From assembly GCA_030390025.1 (NCBI GenBank), contig CM059432.1:17300032-17364000 (forward strand): a stretch of 63,969 nucleotides of DNA, in the 5' to 3' direction. The notes under the pieces are model-generated. The model made no database searches and was not told the origin of the DNA. It worked only from the letters and a program-made list of their open reading frames with translations. The position numbers were made by a program, and so were the translations under genes. Origin of the DNA: Squalus acanthias. Lineage: Eukaryota. Below, one piece after another: positions 63,465 through 63,969 of this stretch (position 1 is the stretch's first letter; every line of letters begins with the position of its first letter).

Positions 63465-63969
63465 TATGAGGCACGAATTGGGTAGGATTGATTGGGGAAT
63501 GTCACTCAAAGGGTTGATGGTGGATAGGCAATGGCAAACATTCAAAGACTGCATGGATGAACTACAGAATTTGTTCATCCCAGTGTGGCATAAGAATAAA
63601 ACAAAAAGGGTGACTCAACCGTGGCTAACAAGGGAAATTAGGGATAGCATGAGATCCAAGGAGAGGGCATATAAATTGGCCAGAAAAAGCGGTAACCCTG
63701 AGGATTGGGAGCAGTTTAGGATTCAACAAAGGAGGACAAAGGGATTAATTAAGAAGGGGAAAATAGAATATGAAAGTAAGCTTTCAGGGAACATAAAAAC
63801 TGACTGTAAGAGCTTTTATAGATATGTGAAGAGAAAAAGATTAGTGAAATCAAGTGTAGGTCCCTTGCAGTCAGAAGCGGGGGAAGTTATAATGGGGAAC
63901 AAAGAAATGGCAGACCAATTAAATGCATATTTTGGTTCTGTCTTCACAAAGGAGGACACAAATAACCTC
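63465..63969 (+). mobile_element. CR1 family A ORF2 internal segment running off the window end
   Basis: Near-identical to the reverse complement of ~27200-27637. Confidence 0.92.

Noticed and set aside
1..63969. CRISPR arrays, rRNA or genuine tRNA genes, prokaryotic systems; the many short antisense ORFs
   Set aside because: No regularly spaced repeat-spacer array is present. The tRNA-like boxes belong to SINE heads, and the short ORFs are mostly antisense shadows of LINE/LTR coding regions or GC-rich MITEs.

Overview
Eukaryotic, non-genic or intronic, repeat-saturated vertebrate DNA. The repeat spectrum points to a cartilaginous fish, probably a shark: CR1/HER1-type LINEs with (TTCTATG)n/(TTCTTATG)n tails, an HE1-type V-SINE, Deu-domain SINEs, Penelope elements and Harbinger MITEs. 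No host gene is confidently identified. The window holds more than 15 CR1 copies from at least 3-4 families, one with an uninterrupted ORF1-ORF2 fusion of about 1040 aa. It also holds a CsRn1-clade Gypsy LTR retrotransposon with both LTRs, a tRNA-Trp PBS and a 4-bp TSD; two related 1.4-1.7 kb solo LTRs with 4-bp TSDs; a decayed Harbinger transposon with derived MITEs; a Penelope GIY-YIG element; and a Penelope terminal fragment with a minimal hammerhead ribozyme. The most notable signal is at the CR1 ORF1/ORF2 junction: an in-frame U_UUA_AAC slippery heptamer precedes an AUG-less ORF2 in the -1 frame, suggesting -1 programmed ribosomal frameshifting in a non-LTR retrotransposon, and one copy carries a +1 G that hard-wires the fusion. 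Boundaries of degraded repeats are approximate, and all calls are by eye without database searches.
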